Shown here: in pieces, positions 1 to 12,689 of the stretch | How positions within the stretch are numbered: the stretch's first letter is position 1 | Layout of the letters: every line of letters starts with the position of its first letter | NCBI RefSeq assembly: GCF_963921235.1 | Contig: NC_086109.1 | Coordinates: forward strand, 5,396,001 to 5,460,000 | Direction: 5' to 3' | Length of the DNA stretch: 64,000 nt | Source: Mobula hypostoma | Lineage: Eukaryota | Translations under genes and position numbers: made by a program | The notes under the pieces: generated by a model | The model's input: the letters and a program-made list of their open reading frames with translations, nothing else | Told to the model about the DNA's origin: nothing | The model's database searches: none

Positions 1-2399
1 CCTGCGGGTTGTGCACACCGTGATCAATCCCTCGAGCGGCATGGCGTCAACCTGCACCATCGCGCCTGATTCCTCGCTGCCCTGCTGACCAAGTAGGCTG
101 CCCACTCCACAATAAACGGGTCAGGACGAGAACACAATCCGTCCCGTCACCTCTCGTCACTTGTCACACCGATTCCCGGTGTCTCAGAATCGGGTCTATC
201 ATCAATCACTGACTTAGATAGCATGAAATCTGTTGTTTTGCAACAACGGTACAGTGGAAAGGCATAAAATTACCATAAATTACAAAAATAAATTAAATAA
301 ATAGTGCAAAAAAAAATAGATTGGCTTTACATGTACACAGAAATATTGAAACACACAGTGAAATGCATTACTTGTGTTAACAACCAACACAATCCGAGGT
401 TGTGCTGGGGGCAGCCGGCAACTGTCACCATGCTTCTGGCACCAACATAGCATGCCCACGACTCACCACCACTAACCCTAACCCATACGTCTTTGGTCTG
501 TCGGAGGAAACTGGAGCAACCGGAGGAAACCCATGCGGTCACGGCGAGAACACACAAACTCCTTACAGACAGTGGCGGGAATTGAACCCAGGTCGCTGGC
601 ACCGTAAAGCATTTTGCTAACTGCTACACTATCGTGCAGTAGAGTTCATCAGGATGTGAGAACTGTACAACTGGCGATGGGCACAACAGCCAGAGCCCAC
701 CGTTCTCTGTGAGGAGTTGGGACATCCTTCCGGTTGGTAGGTTATTTGGTCATTGTAAATTGTCCCTTGATTAGGCTAGGGTTAAATGGGGGGGGGGCAC
801 TGGGCCTATTATGTGCTGTTTCTCCGTAAATAACAATCTAATGGGTAATGCTCAGAGGTGATTAACACCGTCCACCAGAAAATAAGCAATGTTGCTCCCA
901 GTTCCCCAGTTCAGTGATTACTGGCCAATCACGCTCGGAATGCTGACCGACAGCACCCAGTCAACACTGCTCCCAGTCGGGCAACACTGATTTTTAAATT
1001 CATATTTTAATTTTAGTTGCTGTACTTCAAGAAACCGCACAGAACAGGCCCTTCTGGACCAACGAGCCATGCCGCCCAAAAACACAGATATTTAACCCTC
1101 GCCCAGTCACTGGACAACTTACAATGAACAGCTAACCTTCTAACTGGTATAGCTTTGGACTGCGGGACTGCGGACGGCACCGGAATTGACCTCCAACGCC
1201 CCGAGCAGTAATAGAGCCACACCAACCGCCACGCTACCGTGGTGCCACAGCCTTGCTTTACAAAACCCTCCAGGGCTGAATCCCTCTGACCACCACACCC
1301 CCCCCCCCCACCAAACCCCACACTCAGGTTTCTGCGTGTGCCCGTGTTGTGTCCCTGCAGGTCCGAGTCTGTGTCCACTGAAGGTCAGGGTTCTGTGTAT
1401 CTGGGTGGGAGGGAGGGAGGGAGGGACAGGCTGTTGTTGTTTTGTTCTGCCAAGCTCGGTGGGCACGTGATGGTGGCATCGGAATGTGTGGCACACTTGC
1501 GGGCTGCCCCCAGCCCACCTTCGGGTGTGTTGGCTGTTAATGCAAATGACGCATTTCACTGTATGTCTCAATAAATAAATTTGCATCTTACACCACTAAT
1601 GGCCTGGATCCCAGGACACGGATTTCCTTCTCGTCTCCTTCCATTCCCACTCGATTCTCCCTTCTTCCTCAGAACCCACCTCGTCTGGTTATCTGCCCTA
1701 AATCTCCTGGTTACAGCTTGCTCTACTACATTCCAGGCATGACAAGTTTCTGTCTGACGAGTTACTGTTGTTTCATATGGGAACTTACTTCCTTGTGGTA
1801 TTTTTTGCCTTTCAGTTTAATATAAATTAAAAACATTATCTAATCATACACACAAAAGATTCAGCAGATGTTGAAAATCTAGAAAAGCACAAAGCGCTGA
1901 AGGAACTCAGCAAGTCAGGCAGCATCTATGGAGAGGTCACCTTTTTGGATTGAGACCAAGGTCCTGATGAGGGATCTTGGCCTAAAACATCAGACGTTTA
2001 TTCCCTTCCATAGATGCTGCCTGACCTGTTGAGCTCTTGCAGCATTTTGTGTATGTTGTTCAAAATTTTCTAATATCATTTTCTCCCCACCCCTCTATTT
2101 TTTCAAAATTTAATCCATGGGGAATTTCCCAAGGACACAGGAATGCGAAGGATCACCATGTCTCGGTTAAACATCCAATTATCAGCAGAGGTGATGCCAG
2201 GAGGAAGGCAGAGACAGGGAGTTTGTGATGTGTTGAAAATCAGACAGTACAGAATCTATCAGCCCGGCAATGTAACGTGGCAGGGGAACAGATCCTTTGG
2301 AGTACAAGCATAGACAAACCCCACTAAACCCAACAAAATTGCAGCCAGTTGCAATATTCGACCCCTGTCAGTTGTGCTCTGTTAACCTACAAAAGTTGA

Positions 2400-2980
2400 G
2401 GTTTGATAACGCAAAGGTCAGACCACGCTTGGAGTACCGTGAGCAGCTTTGGACCCCTTATCGTTCACGAGAATGATTCCAAGAATGAAAGAGTTAACAT
2501 ACGAGCAGTGTTAGATGGCTTTGGGCCTGTACTCGCTGGAGTTCAGAAGAATGCAAAGCGTGAGAGGTGGGAAACCCATCAAATGTTGAAACGCCTAGAT
2601 AGAGTGGATGTGGAGAGGTTATATCCTATAGTGGGGAGTCTAGGACCAGAGGGCACAGCTTCAGAATAAAGGAATATCCATTTAGAACAGGGATGATTAT
2701 TAAGCTCTTTAGCTAGAACAGGGGTTCCCAACCTTTTTTTATGCCATGGACCAATACCTTAAAGCAAGGGGTCCGGAGACCCCAGGTTGGGAACCCCTGG
2801 GGACCAGAGGGTGGTGAAACTGTGGAATTCATTGCCACAGACAGCAATGAAAGTCAAATCATTGGGTATTTGTAAAGCAGAGTTCTCGATCAGTCAGAGA
2901 GTCAAAGGTTATGGTGAGAAAGCAGAATAGGATTAAGAGGGATATTGTCAGACATAATGGAATGGCAAAACAGACTCAAA
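2400..2980 (+). mobile_element. Degenerate CR1 3' fragment (continues at 4081-4120 after the Rex insertion)
   Basis: GGTCAGACCACGCTTGGAGTA...AGAGGGTGGTGAA..TGTGGAATTCATTGCC, followed by the CR1 3' UTR. Confidence 0.8.
2719..2799. mobile_element. 81-bp MITE with hAT (Charlie-like) terminal inverted repeats; second decayed copy at about 11385-11457
   Basis: TIRs CAGGGGTTCCCAACC and GGTTGGGAACCCCTG, inserted in a CR1 at an AGCTAGAA site. Confidence 0.8.
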
Positions 2981-4080
2981 TTCAACACCATCCACCCTGC
3001 TGTGCTGGGGGAGAAGCTGACAGCGATGCAGGTGGATGCTTTCCTGGTGTCATGGATTCTTGATTACCTGACTGGCAGACCACAGTACGTGTGCTTGCAA
3101 CACTGTGTGTCCGACAGAGTGATCAGCAGCACTGGGCCTCCACAGGGGACTGTCTTGTCTCCCTTTCTCTTCACCATTTACACCTCGGACTTCAACTACT
3201 GCACAGAGTCTTGTCATCTTCAGAAGTTTTCGGATGACTCTGCCATAGTTGGATGCATCAGCAAGGGAGATGAGGCTGAGTACAGGGCTATGGTAGGAAA
3301 CTTTGTCACATGCTGTGAGCAGAATTATCTGCGGATTAATGTGAAAAAGACTAAGGAGCTGGTGGTAGACCTGAGGAGAGCTAAGGTACTGGCGACCCGT
3401 TTCCATCCAGGGGGTCAGTGTGGACATGGTGGAGGATTACAAATACCTGGGGATACGAATTGGCAATAAACTGGACTGGTCAAAGAACACTGAGGCTGTC
3501 TACAAGAAGGGTCAGAGCCGTCTCTATTTCCTGAGGAGACTGAGGTCCTTTAACATCTGCCGGACGATGCTGAGGATGTTCTACGAGTCTGTGGTGGCCA
3601 GTGCTATCATGTTTGCTGTTGTGTGCTGGGGCAGTAGGCTGAGGGTAGCAGACACCAACAGAATCAACAAACTCATTCGTAAGGCCAGTGATGTTGTGGG
3701 GATGGAACTGGACTCTCTGACGGTGGTGTCTGAAAAGAGGATGCTGTCTAAGTTGCATGCCATCTTGGTCAATGTCTCCCATCCACTATATAATGTACTG
3801 GGTGGGCACAGGAGTACATTCAGCCAGAGATTCATTCCACCGAGATGCAACACAGAGCGTCATAGGAAGTCATTCCTGCCTGTGGCCATCAAACTTTACA
3901 ACTCCTCCCTTGGAGGGTCAGACACCCTGAGCCAATAGGCTGGTCCTGAACTTATTTCCTGGCATAATTTACATATTACTATTCAATTTTTTTATAGTTT
4001 TATTACTATTTAATTATTTATGGTACAACTGTAACGAAAACCAATTTCCTCCGGGATCAATAAAGTATGACTATGACTAT
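2981..4080 (+). mobile_element. Rex1/Babar-like non-LTR retrotransposon, 5'-truncated, one frameshift
   Basis: ORFs 2945-3469 and 3420-3938 contain FNTIHP, PQGTVLSPFLFTIY, KFSDDSAIVG, YKYLG, QSRLYFLRRLRSF and SFLPVAIKLYN. The 3' end is AATAAAG(TATGAC)n. Confidence 0.88.
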
Positions 4081-4162
4081 AAATGGTCTGAACGGGCTAA
4101 TTCTGCTCCTGTGCTTTGTGGACTCCTGCAGAGAGTTACGTGCTCATTTTCCAGTCAGGCTA

Positions 4163-4440
4163 TGGGTAGCTAGTGGTTAGCACACTGCTTTATAGTATCA
4201 GCGACGCAGGTTCAATTCCCAGCACCATCTGTGAGGGATTTGTACATTCTCCCCATGACCGCGTGGGTTTCCTTCAGCTGCGCCATTTTCCCCCCGCAGC
4301 CCAAGGAGGCTCCGGTTAGCAGGATAATCGGTCGTTGCAAATTGTCCCTCCATTAGGCTAGGGTTAAATTGCTGGTTGTTGGGCAGCGAGGCTCAGAGGG
4401 CTGGAAGGGCCTATTCTATGCTGTATCTCAATCAATCAAA
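4163..4440 (+). mobile_element. tRNA-derived V-SINE (HE1-like); other copies at about 485-640 (-), 31283-31475, 35100-35305, 36000-36135 (-), 40704-40870, 41845-41995 (-), 43320-43625, 53755-53905 and 54500-54765 (-)
   Basis: A/B-box-like head (TAGTGGTTAGC...GGTTCAATTCCC), then the V-domain GAGTTTGTACGTTCTCCCCGTGACC..GTGGGTTTCCTCCGGGTGCTCCGGTTTCCTCCCACA. Confidence 0.8.
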
Positions 4441-4689
4441 GACAAGCTCTCCACAGATAACCACAGGGGCCGAGGATTGTGCAGCAGACTGTGGGAGGAG
4501 GTCAGTGGGAGCGTGGGGGAGGGGGGCCAATAGCTAGTTGATGTTTGGGGTCAAGATCCTCCATTTTGTTAGTGACTCCAGAATTTGGCATCTGCAGTCT
4601 CATGTCTTCCAGATTGGGGATTGTTTTAAGGTTAAAGGGTATGGGGAAAGGATGTAAGGTTAACTAAAGGTCCTCACCAGGGTATCAGA

Positions 4690-5440
4690 GGTGGAGAAGT
4701 TCGCAACTTTAAATTCCTCTTTTTTATTATTTCAGAGGACCTGTCCTGGTCTAACCGGTAAGTGCAATTATGAAGAAAGCACCTCAGCGCCTCTGCTTCC
4801 TTAGGATTGCAAAGATTCAGCATGACATCTAAAACCTTGACAAATGTCTATCGATGTATGGTGGAGAGTACATTGATTGGCTGCATCACGGCCTGGTACA
4901 GAAGCACAATTGCCCTTGGACGGAATGGCCCAGTCCGTCACAGGTAAGGCCCTCCCCTCCATTGAGCACATCTACACAGAGTGTTATCACAGGAAGGCAG
5001 CGTCCTTCATCTGGACTGCCACCACCCAGGTCAGGCTCTCTTCTCACTGCTGTGATCAGGAAGAAGGTACAGGAGCCTCAGGACTCACACCACCAGCTTC
5101 AGGAACAGTTAGTACCCCTCGACCAACAGGCTCTTGAACCAAAGGGGATAACGTCATTCAACTTCTCTCACCCCCTTATTTAAATGCTCCCACAGCCAAA
5201 GGACTCACTTTCAAGGACTCTTCATCTCACGTTCTTGATATTTATTGCTTATTTATTAATTATTATTATTATTCTTTCTTTTTCTATTTGCAGAGTTTGT
5301 TGTCTTTTGCACTCTAGCTTGAGGAGTCTTCCACTGATTCTGTTATGGTTATTATTCTATGGGTTTACTGAGTATGCCCACAAGAAAATGAATCTCGGGG
5401 TTGTATAAGGTGACATGCATGCACTTTGATAATGTATTTA
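4690..5440 (+). mobile_element. Old degenerate LINE 3' fragment (Rex1/Babar-like); relatives at about 27780-28000, 28620-29160, 44560-45050 and 48030-49200
   Basis: Decayed matches to QRLxFLR...LLPSGRRYRSLKTHTxRFRNSFFPxAIRxLN, seen for example in ORFs 28767-29027 and 44659-44898. Confidence 0.65.
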
Positions 5441-5445
5441 CGTGT

Positions 5446-5722
5446 GGGCACGTGGCCAAGTGGTTAAGGCATTGGACTAGCGACCTGATGGTCGTGAGTT
5501 TGAGCCCCAGCTGAGGCAACGTGTTGTGTCCTTGAGCAAGGCACTTAAGCTGTATGGGTCCTAATGCCCTTCCCTTGGACAACATTGGTGTCGTGGAGAG
5601 GGGAGACTTGCAGCATGGGCAACTGCTGGTCTTCCATACAACCTTGCCCAGGCCTGCGCCCTGGAGAGTCAAGACTTTCCAGGCGCAGATCCACGGTCTC
5701 GCAAGACTAACGGACGCCTTTA
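5446..5722 (+). mobile_element. tRNA-derived SINE (different family)
   Basis: tRNA-like head GGGCACGTGGCCAAGTGGTTAAGGC...GAGTTTGAGCCCC, followed by GTGTCCTTGAGCAAGGCACTTAA and a non-tRNA body. Confidence 0.7.
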
Positions 5723-7099
5723 ATTTAATTACTTTGAACTTTAAAAGTTATTGGATTATGCTTGACATACGGATAGAGATACAGCGAAAAACTTGGATTT
5801 GCATGCCACCCAGCCAGATCATTCCAAACGTGCGCGTCAGGGTAAAGCAGTACGAAGGGGAAAAAACCACAGCAGAATGCAAAACTGTCTCATACGTAAA
5901 GTACAATCATGCAACAGTTGCTGACACCTTTAAACTCAAAAGCCCTTTGAGACCAAACTCAACTCCACCACTGCTTTTGGTTGTTAAGCTTTAGAATTCC
6001 TAACCCACTCCCTCTCTCTTTAAACAGCAACTCTGACCACACTTTCCTGCCTCGTCTCCCTCCGGCTGACAGCCTCACCCTACTCAAGAAGCTAAATTCT
6101 TGGGACAGGTTCCAATACTCGAGAGGCCCTTGTTCCCTCTTCATGCTGGGAAGGAATAAGGGACAGGATATTTTCACCCCAGAGGCGGGGTTTTGAACAT
6201 AGGTTGGTACTTGGTCGAGGTAGTCACAAGCATAAACGTCAAACAGAACGCAAGGATAAGAACCTGAGGGACGACTCCAAACCTGTCTGGGAGCACAATA
6301 TTCAGACCAGCTCCTCTCCCTCTCAAGGCTTCCGATAACGATGTCCACATTCTCTGAGGTAACTGGAGGAAAGTATAGGGGGATGTCAGAGGTAGTTTTT
6401 TTTCCCCACACAGAGTGGTGGGAATGGTGCAGGGATGATGGTAGAGGCAGATACATTACAGACATCAAGAGACTCTTAGGTAGACAAATAGATGATAGAA
6501 AAATGGAGAGCTAGGTGGGAGGAAAGGGTTAGATTGATCTTGGAGTGGATTAAGGAGTTGGCACAATATCATACTGTGCTGTCATGCTCTATGTTCTCAG
6601 ACATGGAGCTAATCTGCACATATTAGTACTTATAGACCTGACACCTCCCAACATCACTCCCTCAATTAAAACTGAAAGTTAGCAAGGCAAGAAGAGAAAC
6701 TGCGCTGGAGCGGTTGAATGCACGTTTGTAAAACAGGTTTGATTCACCGCCCCCTTTAGCCAGAGGGTGGTGAATCTGTGGAATTCATTGTCACAGGCGG
6801 CTGCAGTGGTTAAGGCATTGGTATATTTAAAGCGGAGGCTGATAGGTTCTTGGTTAGTAAGGGGTTAAAGGATTACCAGGAGAAGGCAGGAGAATGGAAT
6901 TGAGAGAGATAATCAGCTACAACAGAATGGTGGAGCACACTTCATGGGCTGAATGGCCTCATTCTGCTCCTATGTCTTGTGGTCTTTCGTCTACTCCTTC
7001 TGGGACACTGCGAGTGGCAGATCCTTCTCCCTGTCAGCAGAAGACCACGTACGCACACTCAGAGGCTAATTTATTAGGCACGGGAGGATCCTGAAAAAA

Positions 7100-8390
7100 T
7101 AGCTACTGAGTGTAGAGTCATACAACACCGAAACAGGCCCTTTGACCCAAATCATCCACGCTGACAAAGATGCTGATCCAAACTAGTCCCGTTTGCCAGC
7201 ATCTGTTCCATAACCTTCTAAACCTCCGCCTTAAATATACATGAAGACTTGGCCTCCAGAGCTGCCTGTGGCAAAGAATTCCACAGATTCTCTAGCTAAA
7301 GAAATTCCTCTTTGTCTCCGTTCTAAAAGGATGCCCCTCTATTCTGAGGCTGCGTCCTCTGGTCTTGGGCACTCCCACCATAGGGAACATCCACTCTATC
7401 AAGACTTTTCACCATTCGATAAGATTCAATTAGATCACCTCTAATTCTTCTGAATTCCAGTGAATACAGGCCTAGAGCTGTCAAATGCTCTTCATATGAC
7501 GAGCCATTCAATCCTGGAATCATTCTCGAAAACTACCTTTGAACCCTCTCCATTTTCAGCACATTCTTTCTAAGATAAGGAGCCCAAAACTGCTCACAAT
7601 ACTCCGTGAGGCCTCACCAGTGCTTTATAAAGTCCCAACATTACATCATTGCTTTTGCATTCTAGTCCTCTTGAAATGAATGCTAATATCACATTTGCCT
7701 TCATCACCACAGATTCAACCTGTAAATTAACCTTTAGGGAATCCTGCACAGGGACTCCCAAGTCCCTTTGCACCTCAAAGTTTTGTATTTTCTCTCCATT
7801 TAGAAGAGTCAACCTTTTCAATTCTTCTAGCAAAGTGCATGACCATACGCTTCCCAACACTGTATTCCATCTGACACATCTTTGCCCATTTGTCTGAGTC
7901 CTTCTGTAGCCTCTCTACTTCCTCAAAAACTACCTTCCCCTCCAACTATCTTCATATGCCTGCAAACTTTGCAACAAAGCCATCAATTACATCATTGAAA
8001 TCATTGACATACAATGTAAAAAGAATCAGTTCCAACACAGACCCCTACAGAACACCACTATTCACCAGCAGCCAGTCAGAAAAGGCTCCCTTTATACCCA
8101 ATTTGCCTCCTGCAATCAGCCACTGCTTTATCCATGCTAGAATCTTTCCTGTAATACCATGGGCCCATAGCTTGCTAAGCAGTCTCATGTGTGGTACCTT
8201 GTCAGAGGCCTTCTGAAAATCCAAGTACACAACATCAACCGATACTCCTTTGTCTATCCTGCTTGATATTTCTTCAAAGAATTCCAGTAGATCTGCCAGG
8301 CAAGATTTTCCCTTGAGGAAACCATGCTGCCTACAGCCTATCTTATCACGTGCCTCCAAGTACTCTGAGATCACATCTTTAACATCAACA
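7100..8390 (-). mobile_element. Degenerate CR1 LINE fragment
   Basis: ORFs 8045-8614, 7594-7860 and 7323-7523 carry QHGFLKGKSCL, YLDFQKASDKVPH, LYKALVRPH and LYSLEFRR. Confidence 0.88.
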
Positions 8391-8963
8391 TTTTCACAGC
8401 CACTGACATCTGACTGGCCTATCACTTCCATTCTTCTGCCTCTCTCTCTTCTAGGAGAGTGGAATGATATTTGCAATTCTCCAGTCTCCCAGTCCTGGTT
8501 ATGCAACCACTGACGCCAGGTAGACAATCTCTGTAGAGTATTAATAATGGCTGGGGTCACCCGGCTTTGTAAAGGCACTGCCCAGAAGGCGGCAATGGCA
8601 AACCACTTCTGCAAAAAAATTTGCCGAGAACATTCATGGTCACAGGAGGACCACGGTCGCCCACGTCATACAACACGGCACGTGATGATGATGATGGTTG
8701 TACTGCTGCCGTAAAAAACAGCAGATATCCCGGCATATGCCTGATTCTAATTATGATGTTGGAACAGTCATATAACTCTTCCACATGTACTGTGTAACTC
8801 TGAGACTCTCTGAATCTCAAGCACCCAATGTTTCTACCAGATAGTGATCAGGGCAGCACATTTCTCCACTCGAAGAGACCCAACTGGCAAGCAGGGTTTG
8901 TCTGAAGGAGAACATACAAAAGATATAACCATCAAACCAATACAATAAAAACCATGTGCCCAC

Positions 8964-9137
8964 CTTAAAGATGGTGTTTTCTTCCTCCTGTGGAGGGCTG
9001 TGGCGGGTCGCGTGCTTCCAAGGTATTTGGAATCGCTTGTTTTCTCGGTGGAGCCAAATAAGTCCCGGGAAAAGTCCACTGTCCACCTGGGCCACAAGCC
9101 ACGGCTTCAGACGCACCCTGCGCTGGTGCACCGCCAT
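8964..9137 (-). CDS. IRF6: Interferon regulatory factor 6, first coding exon (N-terminal part of the IRF DNA-binding domain, 58 aa)
   Basis: Translates to [58 protein letters not shown], nearly identical to the recalled vertebrate IRF6 N-terminus ([58 protein letters not shown]). Acceptor TTCCAG lies 3 nt before the ATG (exon starts 9140) and the donor is AAG|GTGGGC at 8963. The next exon (AWAVETGKY...) was not found and is presumably left of the window. Confidence 0.95.
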
Positions 9138-9667
9138 CGCCTGGAACAGAAACCCTTTTTACTCAGAAGAAAATGGAACGGTCACACGGCAGAGATGGAG
9201 AAACGTGGGATGGCACCCATCTGCAAACTAAAGTTTAGAGAGTTTGCAGTGCTTTCAAAGATGGCGTCAAGCTACGGCCTCCATTGAGATCCGCGGCTCA
9301 GACTCAGTTGGGTGCTTTTTTCTAAGCATAGCGGTTAGTGCAACGCTATTACAGCACGGGCGTCGGAGCTTGGAGTTCAATTCTGATGTTTCTCTCCCCG
9401 TCACAGTCCAAAGGTTAATCGGTTATTGTAGGGTTAAACAGGTGAGCTGCTGGGAGGTGCAGCTCAGTGGCCAGAAGGACCTGTTCTGCATTGTATCTCT
9501 AAGTAAATCGGACAAATGGATCTTCATGCCATCAGGCTGGGGGCTTCCGAGATGAAATATGAGAAGCTTAACCTCACCATGGCAGTACAGGATACTGTGG
9601 ACAAGTTGGAATGGGAATTGAAATGGTAGTCAGTGGTTATTGTTGATTGTCTGAGAGGTAGCGGGCA

Positions 9668-10146
9668 ATAGTCATACTTTATTGATCCCGGGGGAAATTG
9701 GTTTTCGTTACAGTTGCACCATAGATAATAAATAGTAATAAAACCATAAATAGTAATATGTAAATTATGCCAGGAAATAAGTTCAGGACCAGCCTATTGG
9801 CTCAGGGTGTCTGACCCTCCAAGGGAGGAGTTGTAAAGTTTGATAGCCACAGGCAGGAATGACTTCCTATGACGCTCTGTGTTGCATCTCGGTGGACTGA
9901 GTCTCTGGCTGAATGTACTCCTGTGCCCAACCAGTACATTATGTAGTGGATGGGAGACATTGTCCAAGATGGCATGCAACTTGGACAGCATCCTCTTTTC
10001 AGACACCACCGTGAGAGAGTCCAGTTCCATCCCCACAACATCACTGGCCTTACGAATGAGTTTGTTGATTCTGTTGGTGTCTGCTACCCTCAGCCTGCTG
10101 CCCCAGCACACAACAGCAAACATGATCGCACTGGCCACCACAGACT
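9668..10146 (-). mobile_element. Rex1/Babar-like 3' fragment (same family as 2981-4080)
   Basis: ORF 9794-10141 matches the C-terminus of ORF 3420-3938 and has the same tail. Confidence 0.88.
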
Positions 10147-12689
10147 AGTTGTACAAACTGAGAGCAGACAGTGAGGTGATAATCATCAGATAATCTGTGG
10201 TTATAATGTAAATTACTGGATAAATATTGGCTCCACTGAAACAATGCCTTAAACATGTTAAACACAAGAAGGTCTGCTGGAAATCCACAGCAACACACAG
10301 AAAATGCTGGAGAAACCTAGCAGGTCAGGCAGCGTTGATGGAAACAAATCCATCTTGAGCAACACAGACAAGCTCCCAGGAAGTGGTAGGGGCTGTGGTA
10401 GCGGGTCTGGGTGAGTACAGGGTCGAAGAGTCAGGGGGCGGCAGAGATCACAGTGGGGGAGCAGTGAGAGACGGTTTCACTGAACACCCAAAGGGAAGGG
10501 ATAAAGTTATTCAGGGCAGGCATTCCTCACGGAGACTTTACAGTAATAGCAGTTTCACAAACACAAGATTCCCAGCATCCGCAGATTTTCTCATGTTTAT
10601 ATACCGTCCAAACTGATGACATGAATATCGATTTCTCTTTCTGGTCAAAAAAAACCCCTCTCACTCTTCTCTTCTTCTATTCTTCACTCTGGCCTCTTAC
10701 CTCTTCTCAACCACCCATCACCTCCCCTGTGTCCCTCCTCCTTGCCTTTCTCCTATGGTCCACTCTGCTCTTCTTTCAGATTCCTTCTTCTCCATCCCTT
10801 TACCTTTCCCACTCACCTGGTTTCACCTATCACCTTCTAGTCATCCTCCTTCCCCACTCCCCACCTCTTTGCTCTGGCATCTTTCCCCTTCCATTTCAGT
10901 CTGAAGAAGGGTTTCACCTGTGTTTATTCATTTCCATAGATGCTGCCTAACCTGCTGAGTTCCTCCAGCATGTTATGTGTCTTGCCTTAAGCATTTGCCT
11001 GTTGGGTTGTGGCTCATGTCTACATGGGCGGACAACACGAGTTGGCCAGAGCTGGAGCCGTGTCTGCAGGTCTGGTTGCCATATGAGAAGGGTGTGAGGC
11101 TACAGAGGGAGTAACAGGGCTATCACCAGGACTGGAGAGTTACCACTTTGAGTGTAGAACATTGACCAGCAGATACTACAGGCTCTTCGGCCCACAATGC
11201 TGTGCTGACCTTTATAAACGTTCCTCACAATCACTCTGATTCTAATGAAGGGTCTCGGCCCAAATCATTGACTGTTCACCTCCCTTCACAGATGCTGCCT
11301 GACCTGCTGAGTTCCTCTAAGCAACACACATAATGTGTGTTGCTTGAAATTCCAGCATCTGCAGATTTCCTCGTCTTTGAGTTCCTCCAACACTTTTTTA
11401 TGCCACGGACCCAACCGTTAACCTAGGGGTCCGTGGATCCCAAGTTGGGAAACCCTGCTCTGGCATTTTCTCTGTGTGGAAAGGTACGGCCTGGTGAAGA
11501 AGATGTTGGTGCCCTGCAGTGTATGGGGGTGGGGTGGGGGGAAGACGATGATAAGTTACTTTAAGGTGTTGAGATCAAGGGCTATCGGCAGAGGGGTGGA
11601 AATGGGGGAGGGGAATGGGAGGGGCTTATGATACACTACGTGGAAGGAAGGCACGAGGTGCGAACAGAGAACAGCACAGGCCACTCAGCCCACAATGTTG
11701 TACACGAAGATCAATCTAACCCTTCCCTCCCACGTAGCCCTCCCTTTTCTTTCATCCATGTACTGATCCAAGAATCCTTTAAAAGTCCCTAATGTACCTG
11801 CCTCTACCACCACTCCTGGCAACACGTTCTGCACAGTCACCACCCTGTGCAAAAAACTTACCTCTGACATCCCCTTACACCTTCCTCCAATCACCTTACA
11901 ACTATGCTCCTTCGAATTAGCCATTTCTGCCTTGGCTATGAAATCAATCTATGCCTCTTATCATCTTGTACCCGTCTATCAAGTCACCTCTGATCCTCCT
12001 CCTCTCCAAAGAGAAAAGCCCCAGATCACTTAACCTTTCAACTTCAGACACGCTCTCTAATCCAGGCCGCATCCTGGTAAATCTCCTCCACACCCACTCT
12101 CAAAGCTCTCACATCCTTTCTATTACGAGGTGACCACAATATCCTAAGCGTGGTCTACCCAGACCTTCAGAGCGAAATTGGGACCATCGGCTTGCGAGAG
12201 TTTCAGCTGCACTGACCTCTCAGCAGGGTTTCTCTACCTGACCAGTCAGTGACACCAAGTCCCACCAACACCAGCTTTTCACTCTCTCCTCCTGCTCTGG
12301 AATATTCCAGAGGCAGAAACACCTCAAGCTTTCCATCCCACCCTGCCCGAACTGTCAAAATCATCTGACCTCCCACACTGGGTACACGGTCCACAGCTCA
12401 GTCCCACCCTCCCACACTGGGTATGCAGTCTACAGCACAATCCCACAATTTGGGTATGCGGTCCTTCAATTCCCAGCTATCTAATAAACTCCCAGCTACA
12501 CTCTAATCCCACCGGCCTTTCTGCCTTTGCCAGCCTTTCAGACAGAGCTCCAAGCACACACACTCTGAGAGAGAAGGCTCACCATGTCTCCTTGCCGAAC
12601 AGACTCCATGCGCCGAATGGCCTCATTTTCCTCCTAAGTCTTATGATCTCGTTTGCAGACCTCCACCCTGTCCAGGGGTGAGGGAGGGA

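Noticed and set aside
5446..5520. tRNA gene
   Set aside because: The acceptor stem does not close, the B-box is imperfect and the sequence continues into a SINE body.
8817..9137. IRF5 assignment, or the full 106-aa ORF as a protein
   Set aside because: VAQVDSG..PGLIWL and [16 protein letters not shown] match IRF6 rather than IRF5. The ORF beyond 8964 is intron read-through.
12578..12660. Possible IRF6 non-coding exon 2 (minus-strand ATG|GTGAG donor at 12582)
   Set aside because: The sequence resembles a CR1 tail and has no convincing acceptor, so it is not supportable without transcripts.
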